A stretch of DNA of 20,000 nt, taken from the sequence record DRR723986_3403; one strand, 5' to 3'. Of this stretch, positions 1 to 8,128 are shown one piece after another. Each line of letters opens with the position of its first letter. The stretch's first letter is position 1. A model generated the notes under the pieces. That model saw nothing but the letters and a program-made list of their open reading frames with translations. It had not been told where the DNA came from and ran no database searches. The position numbers and the translations under genes are program-made.

Positions 1-146
1 ACCGGCCCAGAAACGTTGGTTGTGGGAATTGCCTGGCGAACAACTCCAGGCGGCTCGACGTGTGGCCGGACGAAAAGCGCATACGCCCCCAGTAGGAGCA
101 AGATAAGCCCCAATGCGGAGAAATAGCTTTTCCAGAAGGCCAGCAA
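1..146 (-). CDS. N-terminus of a single-pass membrane-anchored protein running off the window edge (LptC-like position)
   Basis: Not in the ORF track. Manual translation from TTG at 146 gives MLAFWKSYFSALGLILLLLGAYALFVRPHVEPPGVVRQAIPTTNVSGP with no stop before the edge. It has a hydrophobic N-terminal helix and lies 48 nt downstream of kdsC on the same strand. Confidence 0.65.
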   Translation of the reverse strand, partial: MLAFWKSYFSALGLILLLLGAYALFVRPHVEPPGVVRQAIPTTNVSGP

Positions 147-194
147 GTAGATAACCCTAGTTCATTAATGTGTGTACCGTTGTGGCATGCTGTT

Positions 195-716
195 CTACTG
201 CGGTATGCACTGCTGCCACAATCCTTTTTGGATGAGTAAGTGGCGAACTAATTCACGCACCGCTCCCTTTCCACCAAGGGATTTAGTGCACCACTTCGCA
301 ATCTCTCTTACTTCCGGCGCGCCGTCTGCAACGGTCACCGGCAGAGCAACCTTTTTCATTACTGGCATGTCGGGAAAGTCGTCGCCCACGTAGCACGTTT
401 GCTCGGCAGTGATTCCTGTGGCTTCCCAAATCTCCATCGCCGCGGGCAGCTTCGATGCAAACCCTTGCTTTATGTGCTTTATTCCAAGCTCCTCGCCTCG
501 CCGCTCGACAACTGTCGACTTGCGGGCAGTCAAGATCGCAAATTCGAATCCTTGTTTCTGCCAAAGCTTGATCCCAAGTCCATCTCTGACGTGAAACGAT
601 TTTGTTTCTGATCCGTCAGACGCATAAGTGATGGAACCATCGGTCAGGATGCCATCCACGTCTGAAATGATCAGCCGAATATCTTGATACGGAATGTTGT
701 CGCCTGTATTGCTCAA
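195..716 (-). CDS. kdsC: 3-deoxy-D-manno-octulosonate 8-phosphate phosphatase (KdsC/YrbI family HAD phosphatase)
   Basis: HAD motif I SDVDGILTDG, then K-x-F-x-V-R-D-G-x-G-I, YVGDDFPD and GGKGAVRE; adjacent to kdsD. Confidence 0.92.
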   Translation of the reverse strand: MSNTGDNIPYQDIRLIISDVDGILTDGSITYASDGSETKSFHVRDGLGIKLWQKQGFEFAILTARKSTVVERRGEELGIKHIKQGFASKLPAAMEIWEATGITAEQTCYVGDDFPDMPVMKKVALPVTVADGAPEVREIAKWCTKSLGGKGAVRELVRHLLIQKGLWQQCIPQ

Positions 717-775
717 GTTCAGGGTCTCATCGCGGGTCGTCGGCTTGTGAGCCGCGCAAATTGGTGTGTTGGTAT

Positions 776-1861
776 CTAGCTGAAGATCGGGATAACATCA
801 GCATCGTCGTTGCTGGTGCGATGATCGGTTTGAGTGCTTGGCGTTATCAATTCGATGACATCGGTTACGTCAATGATTCCGCAGGGGCGATTATCCTCAT
901 CAACCACCGGCAGTTCGCTAATCTTCGAACCGGACAAGATCTTGACCGCGTCGGTCAGCATGGCCGCTCGACCGACTGATTTTCCGCCACGGCTCATGAC
1001 ACTCGCAACGGGCTTTTCAAGCACCGATTCCGAACGATTCTGTTCTAGCAGCCGGGCGAGATCACTGTCGGTGAAGATGCCGGCCAAGGCGCCCGATTTG
1101 TCCACCAGCATAATGGCCCCCGTGCGGCGACCAGGTTTGCTGACCGAAATCATCACATCGCGAATCGATGCAGAACACTCCGCAATCCGGCATTCGCTCA
1201 ACGGTCGCATCACGTCGGCAACTTTGGACAGCCGCTTGCCAAGGCTGCCACCCGGATGAAACCTTGCAAACTCGTTTTCGGTAAACTTGCGCTGCTCACT
1301 AGCGATAAGTGCAAGTGCGTCACCAACGGCCATCATTGCGGTTGTTGAACTAGTCGGTGCAAGGTTTAGTTTACAAGCCTCGGCGTGTTTGCCGAGCAGG
1401 ATTGCACAATCCGCCTGATCTGCGAGAGTGCTCTCTGGCTTCGCCGTGATAGCAATGCACCGCCAAGCAGACTCTCGAACCGATGGGAGCAACCGGGTGA
1501 TTTCCTCTGTCTCGCCACTGTAGGAAAGTACAATCACGACGTCGCACGCTTGCAGAACACCAAGGTCGCCGTGAACGGCTTCACTCGGGTGCATGAATGT
1601 GCTTGGCGTGCCAGTGGACGAGAGGGAAGCAGACAGTTTTTGAGCAACAATGCCCGCTTTGCCAATTCCACATGTCACCACTTTGCCACGGCATCGGAGG
1701 ATCAAGTCAACGGCTTCTTCGATTGAATCTCCCAGCCCATCAGCGACTCGCTGTAGGACCGAGATTTCGTCTGCGATGATCTCGCGGGCACGCGACACGA
1801 TTGTTGTCGCTTCAGAAGCTGGCCGCCGAGCGTCTGCGGTCTGTGAGGGCTGTGCGCTCAT
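776..1861 (-). CDS. kdsD: Arabinose 5-phosphate isomerase, KpsF/GutQ family (SIS domain + CBS pair)
   Basis: Motifs GIGKAG, HPSEAVHGDLG, SYSGET, APTSSTT, FHPGGSLG and CBS GIFTDSD. Start moved from the track's 1939 to ATG 1861 (MSAQPSQ), which has a strong GGAGGAGAGGGG purine tract just upstream. Confidence 0.92.
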   Translation of the reverse strand: MSAQPSQTADARRPASEATTIVSRAREIIADEISVLQRVADGLGDSIEEAVDLILRCRGKVVTCGIGKAGIVAQKLSASLSSTGTPSTFMHPSEAVHGDLGVLQACDVVIVLSYSGETEEITRLLPSVRESAWRCIAITAKPESTLADQADCAILLGKHAEACKLNLAPTSSTTAMMAVGDALALIASEQRKFTENEFARFHPGGSLGKRLSKVADVMRPLSECRIAECSASIRDVMISVSKPGRRTGAIMLVDKSGALAGIFTDSDLARLLEQNRSESVLEKPVASVMSRGGKSVGRAAMLTDAVKILSGSKISELPVVDEDNRPCGIIDVTDVIELITPSTQTDHRTSNDDADVIPIFS

Positions 1862-2537
1862 AGTCCCCTCTCCTCCTGAAATGGGCTCGAAATCCGGCGT
1901 ACTAACGGTCCAGGCATCCTGCCTGGTGGGTGAATCCACAGCAACCAGTCAACTTTCTGCTCTCGACCAAAGCCCCCGCCGATCGGCTGCCACTATGAAT
2001 GAGGCAGAGAATGTCGGGTGAATGGTGCTGCAGACGCAAGGTTGGGTGTTTGCTATTTGGATACGGGCATCACGCATTTTGTGCGCAGAGTAGCCCTCGG
2101 GGATTCTAGACAAGTCGCAAATCCAGGGCAATCGGAATGCTTGGTCGCAATTGCTACGGCCCTGTAAACCGGCTATTTGGCCTCTCAGGGACTGAAACTG
2201 CCGATGCTAGCAATCAATCAGCGTAATGACCTGCGCAAATTGGCATCTTCAGTAAATGTGGGGGACAGAAAGCTACGCATTAGCCGACCTCTGGAGGAGG
2301 GGTTGGGCTAGCGTGCTGACCATTAAAAGGCAAAATCTAACGGGTAGATAATCTGGGAAGCGTTAATACACTGGATCGGTAGCAGTTATCCTGGGTCGCT
2401 GGAAGTCGGTTTCTTCCTCGTATTTTGGCGACTGCTGACTCGAATTGCCGCTCTGGCCCGCCGTGCTTCTCAAACTTCAAGACAGCTAACTTATCGAGCA
2501 GCGCCCGCTGGCGGTAAGTATTCGTGAGGCAAACCGA

Positions 2538-3155
2538 GTGAAGTTCATCGGTGACAAATTCCGGCACTTGTGGAAGCGCATTCGCGACTTCTGCGTTTAC
2601 AAAGTGCTGCACGCCGATGATCCGCCGCACCGGCTCGCGCTCGGAATCGCTGTCGGCATGTTTGTCACCTTTATGCCTGCGGTCGGGCTGCAAATGGTGC
2701 TGTCGGTTTTTATTGCTTGGATGCTGCGAGCGAATAAGTTGGTCGGCGTGCCGCTAGTTTGGATTTCCAATCCAGTCACGATCGTGCCAATTTACTATCC
2801 GTGTTACTTGCTTGGGTGCAAAATGCTGGGCACCGCAGCGGTAAGTGACGATTGGGCCAAGTTGGAGGCGGGCTGGCAAGCAATGCAGGCCGACAAGTCT
2901 GCGACTTGGTGGAACCGGATCGAATTCGGCTGGCAAAGCATCATGGATGTCCTGTGGCCGCTAAGCCTCGGCTGCTTAGTCGTCGGTCTCACGGCAGCAG
3001 TTTTGTCGTACTACGTTTCTCTATTTGCAATTCGTAGTTATCGCATTCGCCGCTGGGGGCAACTCATGCCACCAGGCCTATCGCCAGCACGTGAAGACGA
3101 ACAACTCGAAGATGGTTTCCCAAAGGCGGAACAGGATCCCAAGAACGCCGCTTAG
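2538..3155 (+). CDS. DUF2062-family membrane protein
   Basis: DDPPHRLALGIAVGMFVTFMP...Q...RAN...VWISNPVT...YY pattern typical of DUF2062; several hydrophobic helices; GTG start preceded by GAGG. Confidence 0.82.
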   Translation: MKFIGDKFRHLWKRIRDFCVYKVLHADDPPHRLALGIAVGMFVTFMPAVGLQMVLSVFIAWMLRANKLVGVPLVWISNPVTIVPIYYPCYLLGCKMLGTAAVSDDWAKLEAGWQAMQADKSATWWNRIEFGWQSIMDVLWPLSLGCLVVGLTAAVLSYYVSLFAIRSYRIRRWGQLMPPGLSPAREDEQLEDGFPKAEQDPKNAA

Positions 3156-3212
3156 TAAACCACATTCATCAGTGACTCGGCCGTTGCGAATGTCCCTGAC
3201 GAGAACTTTTCA

Positions 3213-3252
3213 GGCTTCTGCTTGTGGCGGAGCTAGGTTGCACAAGCCAGCC
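3213..3252. terminator. Stem-loop between convergent genes, possible terminator or 3' stabiliser
   Basis: GCTTGTG (3220-3226) pairs with CACAAGC (3241-3247), flanked by GGCT/AGCC; directly after the stop of 3253..6198. There is no clear U-tract on either strand. Confidence 0.4.
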
Positions 3253-6198
3253 TTACTCAGCAGCTACCTCCCCGGCTTGCCCGGTTAAGTCTTCCAGTGC
3301 GGCTCGGAAGTTGGCCACGAATCTGTTGCCACCGCCAACAAACAAGTGTTGCACGACACCCTGTTGATCAATGATGACCGTCTGCGGGACTGCGCTTGCA
3401 CCATAGGCGGCTGCAACTTCGCCATCGACATCCAACAGCACGGTTGGAGAGATGTTCAATCGTTCCAAAGCAGCCTCCACTCTCGACGCAGGCTCTTGCA
3501 AATTCACGGCTACTAGGTGAACTTTGTCAGTGCCAATTTCCTCCACGATTTCATCGACCTTCGGCATCGTCTGCATGCAGGGGCCGCACCAGCTCGCCCA
3601 AAAATCCAATACGACGATCCGATCACGATGGTCTGTCAGTCTGAAGTGTTCACCGTCAAGCTGCTTTAGCCCAAACTGTGGTGCAGGCTTGCCAACGAAC
3701 TCTGAATTCTTGCCCGCATTGGGATCCGCCGAACCACTTTCGTCTTCGAGAAAGACGCGAGGATACTGGGCAAGTGCAAGCACCCAGGGGTCGTCGCGGT
3801 ATTCCCGAACTCGGGCTGAGATGTCGCGACCAAACAACAGTTGATCAACCTCGCTCACCGCAACTGAACACTCGCCAAGGAGATCACTTGCACCAGCTAA
3901 CGTCTCTCCATCGCAGTTCGACGGAACGAAGGTGAGTCCACGATCTCCGCGCCGAATCAGGTGGATCTGGAATTCCTGCTCACCAACATTCGCCTCATCC
4001 TTGGCAACTTCGGCCTGGTCTGCGTCTGGCTTCTCTTCGTTCTCGTCGGATTCCCACTCACGATCGTGCAGCCAAATGACTTTGGCAACGTTTTCGCGTG
4101 GGATCTTTACGATTTCGAATTTAACTTCAACCTCAACGAACTTGTCGGTAAGGCGATTCAGTCGGACGCGTAGTGGATCGCCAGTTTTCGAGATGAGCAG
4201 GTGGGTGGGCGGATCCAGCTTCATCGACCTCGGCACGGTCATCAAACGTTGCAGCTTTTTCTCATCGCTGGAAAGCTGCTTGGTCAAAGCTGCCAAATCC
4301 ACGCTTTGAAGACGCTTGTGAGACGCGAATGTAGTTGTTGACTGCTTCGATTCAAAGTAGACACCCTTTTCGTCAATCTTCGACACGTCGCCGAAGATGA
4401 TGTCTCCGGTGCGAAACGATATCTCACGCTCCCCTCCTGATGTCTTCCGCCTGGGAGTATTCCGCTGGCTGGGCAAGGTCAGGAATCGACCGATGCCTCC
4501 TCGTGGGATGACGTTTTGCGGTTGAGCTTTTTGAACGGCAGCTTGCACGGCCGCTTTGCGATAAACTATCCCGCCAGAAGCGGAAGGGAGTAGTTCGCTC
4601 GGCGCATTGGTGCCTATCGCGTGCCAATAGAGCGCTGTGCCGGAGTTATCAGGATTTGCTGCATCGGCTGGAGTGGGCGCTAGTTCTCCGGCGAGCTGCG
4701 TGTTACCAAGCTTTAGAGTTCCAGGCGTTTTGGGTTGAGTTTCGGGGCGATACCTTTCATCCGAGCCGATCATGCCAAGCACATCTGATGGCTTGACTTC
4801 AACAGTGCCAACGATGCTGGGCGATTGAAAACCAAGTGTTTCGCCGGTGCCGCCCAGCCACTGACCGCTTAGTCGTGATCGATCTGCCAGGAGAAGTTCA
4901 ACCGCCGCCCCTTCGGCAACTGGTTGAGATTTTTCGGTGGTGGCATTCGCTGTTTCAGCCGCGCGGTCTGCTTCCGATGCACTGCCAGCTTCGGATGCAC
5001 TGCCCAGTTGCGGCGGTTGGTTGACCGTTGGTGGTCGCCCAGGAGAGGACACGCCGTCGGCACTACTTCCTGAGTCGGCAGGGCTAAAGAGTCCACGCAA
5101 AAGGCGGCTTAACGGGAGGCGCTGTTCGCCCTCTTCGCCGGACAACAACAGTTCGCGGGTGGCAGAATCGAATCCAGTGACGCCTGCGGCAACTTCACCT
5201 TCGGCGGTCAGCACAAAAGGCTTGTCGTCGGCCGAGCTTGTGGTGAAACCATCCCATTCGCGCACCTCTACACGCTCCAACTGCAGTAACGCTCCAATAT
5301 TCGAGATGTGAATCGCTGGTCGTGTTTCTGGCGATTCCTTCTCCTTAACTTGAATCGTATCCAACAGGCGTCCGTGCTGATCATATGCAATCACGCGCCC
5401 TTCGAGTTGATCAACGTAGAACGTGATTTGCAGGCGCTTCTCTGACAATTCCAGCTTATCCAGAATGCGAATGTCGGCATCAGAATCCGTTTCGCGGACC
5501 AGCGCGAACTCGCGATCCCAAACCTCCAAGCGTGCTGCAGAACTAACGTCTTCGGCTCTGGCACCGCCGGCACTTGGATCAGTTCCAATGGCAATTACAA
5601 AGTCTGGACTGCCTTCGATCCAACTAAGTGTCATGCTCACGCGGGCCTTAGTGGGCATACCAACGTTGCCTACGATGGTTCCACCTGCTTTCTTGGAAAC
5701 GAAAGCGCCGCCCTCGAAAACCCAATCTTCCTGTGCTCTGGCGTTTGACCACAAGCCATCTTGGGTAGGTCCGGAGTGGACAACCTTTCCCGCGTACTCC
5801 GAGCTCACCATGGCTCGAATATCATCACGCTTGAGCGACAGACGGCCCATTTTCGAATTGTCCACAACAACGTCCGTCGCTGTGATGTCGACCAACTCAC
5901 CCACGATCATGCCACCGGACTTGGTCTCGAACAGTTGTCCTTTGGGCTTTTCAGTGCTGTCTTCATTGCCGACGGGAGCGATTGAGCGGAGGGCTTTGAT
6001 GTCCACACGCAGCGGCTGACGAAAACCGTCAGCTTGCCAAATCAGTTCTTGGGCATTCCCGCCCGGAAGCAGCTCGCCCGTTGAAAAGCTTCCGTTCTTG
6101 AGTCGCAATTGCTTCGTGCCTTCTGCATGCAAGACATTGCAAACTGGCATCGCCAACGCGGCGCATAGTAGCAGGTTAATTTTTCGAACTAATCGCAT
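3253..6198 (-). CDS. Exported multidomain protein with C-terminal TlpA/ResA-like thioredoxin (redoxin) domain
   Basis: Signal peptide (MRLVRKINLLLCAALAMPVCNVLHA). C-terminal PAPQFGL...VVLDFWASWCGPC (WCGPC at 3577-3591)...AVPQTVIID. Repeated beta-rich modules lie upstream. Confidence 0.88.
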   Translation of the reverse strand: MRLVRKINLLLCAALAMPVCNVLHAEGTKQLRLKNGSFSTGELLPGGNAQELIWQADGFRQPLRVDIKALRSIAPVGNEDSTEKPKGQLFETKSGGMIVGELVDITATDVVVDNSKMGRLSLKRDDIRAMVSSEYAGKVVHSGPTQDGLWSNARAQEDWVFEGGAFVSKKAGGTIVGNVGMPTKARVSMTLSWIEGSPDFVIAIGTDPSAGGARAEDVSSAARLEVWDREFALVRETDSDADIRILDKLELSEKRLQITFYVDQLEGRVIAYDQHGRLLDTIQVKEKESPETRPAIHISNIGALLQLERVEVREWDGFTTSSADDKPFVLTAEGEVAAGVTGFDSATRELLLSGEEGEQRLPLSRLLRGLFSPADSGSSADGVSSPGRPPTVNQPPQLGSASEAGSASEADRAAETANATTEKSQPVAEGAAVELLLADRSRLSGQWLGGTGETLGFQSPSIVGTVEVKPSDVLGMIGSDERYRPETQPKTPGTLKLGNTQLAGELAPTPADAANPDNSGTALYWHAIGTNAPSELLPSASGGIVYRKAAVQAAVQKAQPQNVIPRGGIGRFLTLPSQRNTPRRKTSGGEREISFRTGDIIFGDVSKIDEKGVYFESKQSTTTFASHKRLQSVDLAALTKQLSSDEKKLQRLMTVPRSMKLDPPTHLLISKTGDPLRVRLNRLTDKFVEVEVKFEIVKIPRENVAKVIWLHDREWESDENEEKPDADQAEVAKDEANVGEQEFQIHLIRRGDRGLTFVPSNCDGETLAGASDLLGECSVAVSEVDQLLFGRDISARVREYRDDPWVLALAQYPRVFLEDESGSADPNAGKNSEFVGKPAPQFGLKQLDGEHFRLTDHRDRIVVLDFWASWCGPCMQTMPKVDEIVEEIGTDKVHLVAVNLQEPASRVEAALERLNISPTVLLDVDGEVAAAYGASAVPQTVIIDQQGVVQHLFVGGGNRFVANFRAALEDLTGQAGEVAAE
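4970..5005. repeat. 18-bp tandem duplication encoding GSASEA-GSASEA in a linker
   Basis: GCTTCCGATGCACTGCCA / GCTTCGGATGCACTGCCC, 16/18 identical. Confidence 0.85.
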
Positions 6199-6267
6199 AT
6201 GGCAAACCAGCAGGTAGCTGGGCTTTCTGTTGAGTTACAGTCTCTTGAGGTCGTGCTGCAATCCGTT

Positions 6268-7353
6268 CTAGCGTTCGTAGATTGGCAGGAACTTATAGTT
6301 CAAGGCAAGTGCCAGGAGATTCAAGCTAGTCGAAACGGTTCCGCCAAATTGCCCGGGGAAACTTCCATCTTCGTTTTGCGACGCTTTGAGTTTTCGGACT
6401 AGGGTACGATTCCACTTCTCCCACGTTTCGACATCGGCCTGAAACAAAGCTTGCGCCTGGTAGTACCGGGCGTACTCTTCATAGTGGGACTGTTCGGATA
6501 GATTCTTGACCACGTAGTTCTTTGCAGATTCGTATTGCTTTAGATCTTTTCGTTTTGCAATGGAATACACCAGGCAGGCGATGGAAGAACGCGCGATCGA
6601 CTGGCCAAAGCCACCAAGTCCACCGGAGTAGCCGACGGTACCATTATCACCGGTCATCGTTGTGAAGTACTTGATCGCACCGTCGATGTTCTTGTCTGGA
6701 ACTTCAATTCCAGCGTTTCGCGCGGCAAGCAGCCCCATCAAGACGGCTCCAGCAACACTGGTGTCAGCGTCACGAGAACCTGGGGAGTAGCGCCAAGCAC
6801 TGTGGGGATTCTTAGACTGTGAGGTTGTGGCGCAGCGAACGGCTAGTTCCAACGCCTCCGCAAGCGAACGTTCCCGTCCGGAGTTGCTAGTGCCGGTTTC
6901 CCAGAGGTCTCGTTCATCGACCAAACCGTAAGCTTCGGCAAGCGCGAGGGTTGCGAATCCGTGGTGATACATGCTATCGCCAAGGTAGCCCGTTGAACCA
7001 CTTTGCTTGCGAATCATTGCCCGCAGCCCTTTGCGGATCGGCTGGGCGTATTTCCCAAAATTTGGATCTTCGCCGCTGGCAAGCATCGCCATGACGGCCA
7101 TGCCAGTCGTTCCGCAACCAGATTGTCCTGTATTCCAATCACCGTTATCGGACTGCGTGGAAACTAAATACTCCAGACCGCGGTCGTAAATTTCACGCAC
7201 GTCGCGGGGAACGACATCTCCGGTGGGTGTCACGCCGGGTTGCGCGAGAGCCTGCGCGGTTAGTGCAGTCGCAAACCAAGCGATACATCCAATCTTGGTG
7301 AAGTTCTTGAGGGACGGGTTCATTGCGTTTCCATTCTGTAGACGGATGTTCAT
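6268..7353 (-). CDS. Exported prenyltransferase/squalene-oxidase-repeat (alpha/alpha barrel) protein
   Basis: QW-like repeats GLEYLVSTQSDNGDW, SQSKNPHSAWRY and LKASQNEDGSF; MYHHGFATLALAEAYG; signal peptide ending AQA-LA. ATG 7323 is an alternative start. Confidence 0.82.
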   Translation of the reverse strand: MNIRLQNGNAMNPSLKNFTKIGCIAWFATALTAQALAQPGVTPTGDVVPRDVREIYDRGLEYLVSTQSDNGDWNTGQSGCGTTGMAVMAMLASGEDPNFGKYAQPIRKGLRAMIRKQSGSTGYLGDSMYHHGFATLALAEAYGLVDERDLWETGTSNSGRERSLAEALELAVRCATTSQSKNPHSAWRYSPGSRDADTSVAGAVLMGLLAARNAGIEVPDKNIDGAIKYFTTMTGDNGTVGYSGGLGGFGQSIARSSIACLVYSIAKRKDLKQYESAKNYVVKNLSEQSHYEEYARYYQAQALFQADVETWEKWNRTLVRKLKASQNEDGSFPGQFGGTVSTSLNLLALALNYKFLPIYER

Positions 7354-7367
7354 CGTTAGCAGCGGTG

Positions 7368-8117
7368 CTAGTTTCCGGCCCAGGCGTATCCGCGATAACG
7401 ATCGCGATACTCTTCGATGACCTTCATCTGTTTCGCATCCAAGAACTCACTCAATTCCTTGGTGTCGGATTTACATAACTGGATATATCCGAGGAAGGGT
7501 TCGTAGCCCTGCGGCACGTTTTTGAGTGGCTCGCGATCCATTAACACTTTGAAGAGCTTCTCGCGCTGTTTCGCCAGCAGAGGCATTGAGTTCTCAATTT
7601 CGATAACCGTCGCCCGCATCAAAGCCTCGCGCCGCGTAGCCGCACGTGCCTGTAGATGCCTTTCATAAGCCTTTTTCTGTTCGCCGGAAAGAAGTTTTGG
7701 CATCAGTTTCATGAAGAAGGACGAGTCATCGAGAATGTTCTTCGACTGCGCTTTCTCGTAGAGCGGCTGGACGGCTTCCCAAGCTTTTTGCATGTCGGCT
7801 TGGTCTTGGATGTTCAGGTCTTTGGTTGCTTCCTCGAGCTCGTCGACCTGATTCATGAATCGTGAAAGATCACCCTTGGCGGCAAAGCGGAGCTTCCGGC
7901 TACCCGCCGCATCGATCTTACAGGCTTTCTCGATCATTTCGATGCGAGCATCGACAGTTGTCTTGAGCTGCTTTTCCCAGGTCGCCCGTCCCTGCCCCTG
8001 GTAAATGTACATGTTGACGACCGATTGATCGTTGAATTGCGCCTGAGATTTAGCAGGCGACAGCAGTGCCGAAAGTGCTAGAACTAGAGCGGCTATTGAA
8101 AGCGAGCGAGTACTCAT
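7368..8117 (-). CDS. Exported all-helical hypothetical protein with LTxxQ-like motifs
   Basis: Signal peptide (MSTRSLSIAALVLALSALLSPAKSQA); LSGEQ, LLAKQ and LDAKQ motifs; 11 nt from the upstream gene's stop. Confidence 0.8.
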   Translation of the reverse strand: MSTRSLSIAALVLALSALLSPAKSQAQFNDQSVVNMYIYQGQGRATWEKQLKTTVDARIEMIEKACKIDAAGSRKLRFAAKGDLSRFMNQVDELEEATKDLNIQDQADMQKAWEAVQPLYEKAQSKNILDDSSFFMKLMPKLLSGEQKKAYERHLQARAATRREALMRATVIEIENSMPLLAKQREKLFKVLMDREPLKNVPQGYEPFLGYIQLCKSDTKELSEFLDAKQMKVIEEYRDRYRGYAWAGN

Positions 8118-8128
8118 GGGATCTGCAC

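Noticed and set aside
1862-1939. N-terminal extension of KdsD from GTG 1939
   Set aside because: The strong SD precedes ATG 1861 and the extension overlaps leader-like hairpins.
2528-2570. GGCAAACC...GAA...GGTGACAAA resemblance to a c-di-GMP-I riboswitch
   Set aside because: It lacks the GNRA-capped P2 and GACGCAAAG core and overlaps the DUF2062 start codon and coding sequence; probably coincidental.
7106-7120. GCGTT in the alpha-barrel protein resembling the alpha-2-macroglobulin thioester motif GCGEQ
   Set aside because: The essential Gln is absent, so no thioester can form.
6268-7353. Annotation as squalene-hopene cyclase (shc)
   Set aside because: About half the expected length, carries a signal peptide and has no DXDD motif.
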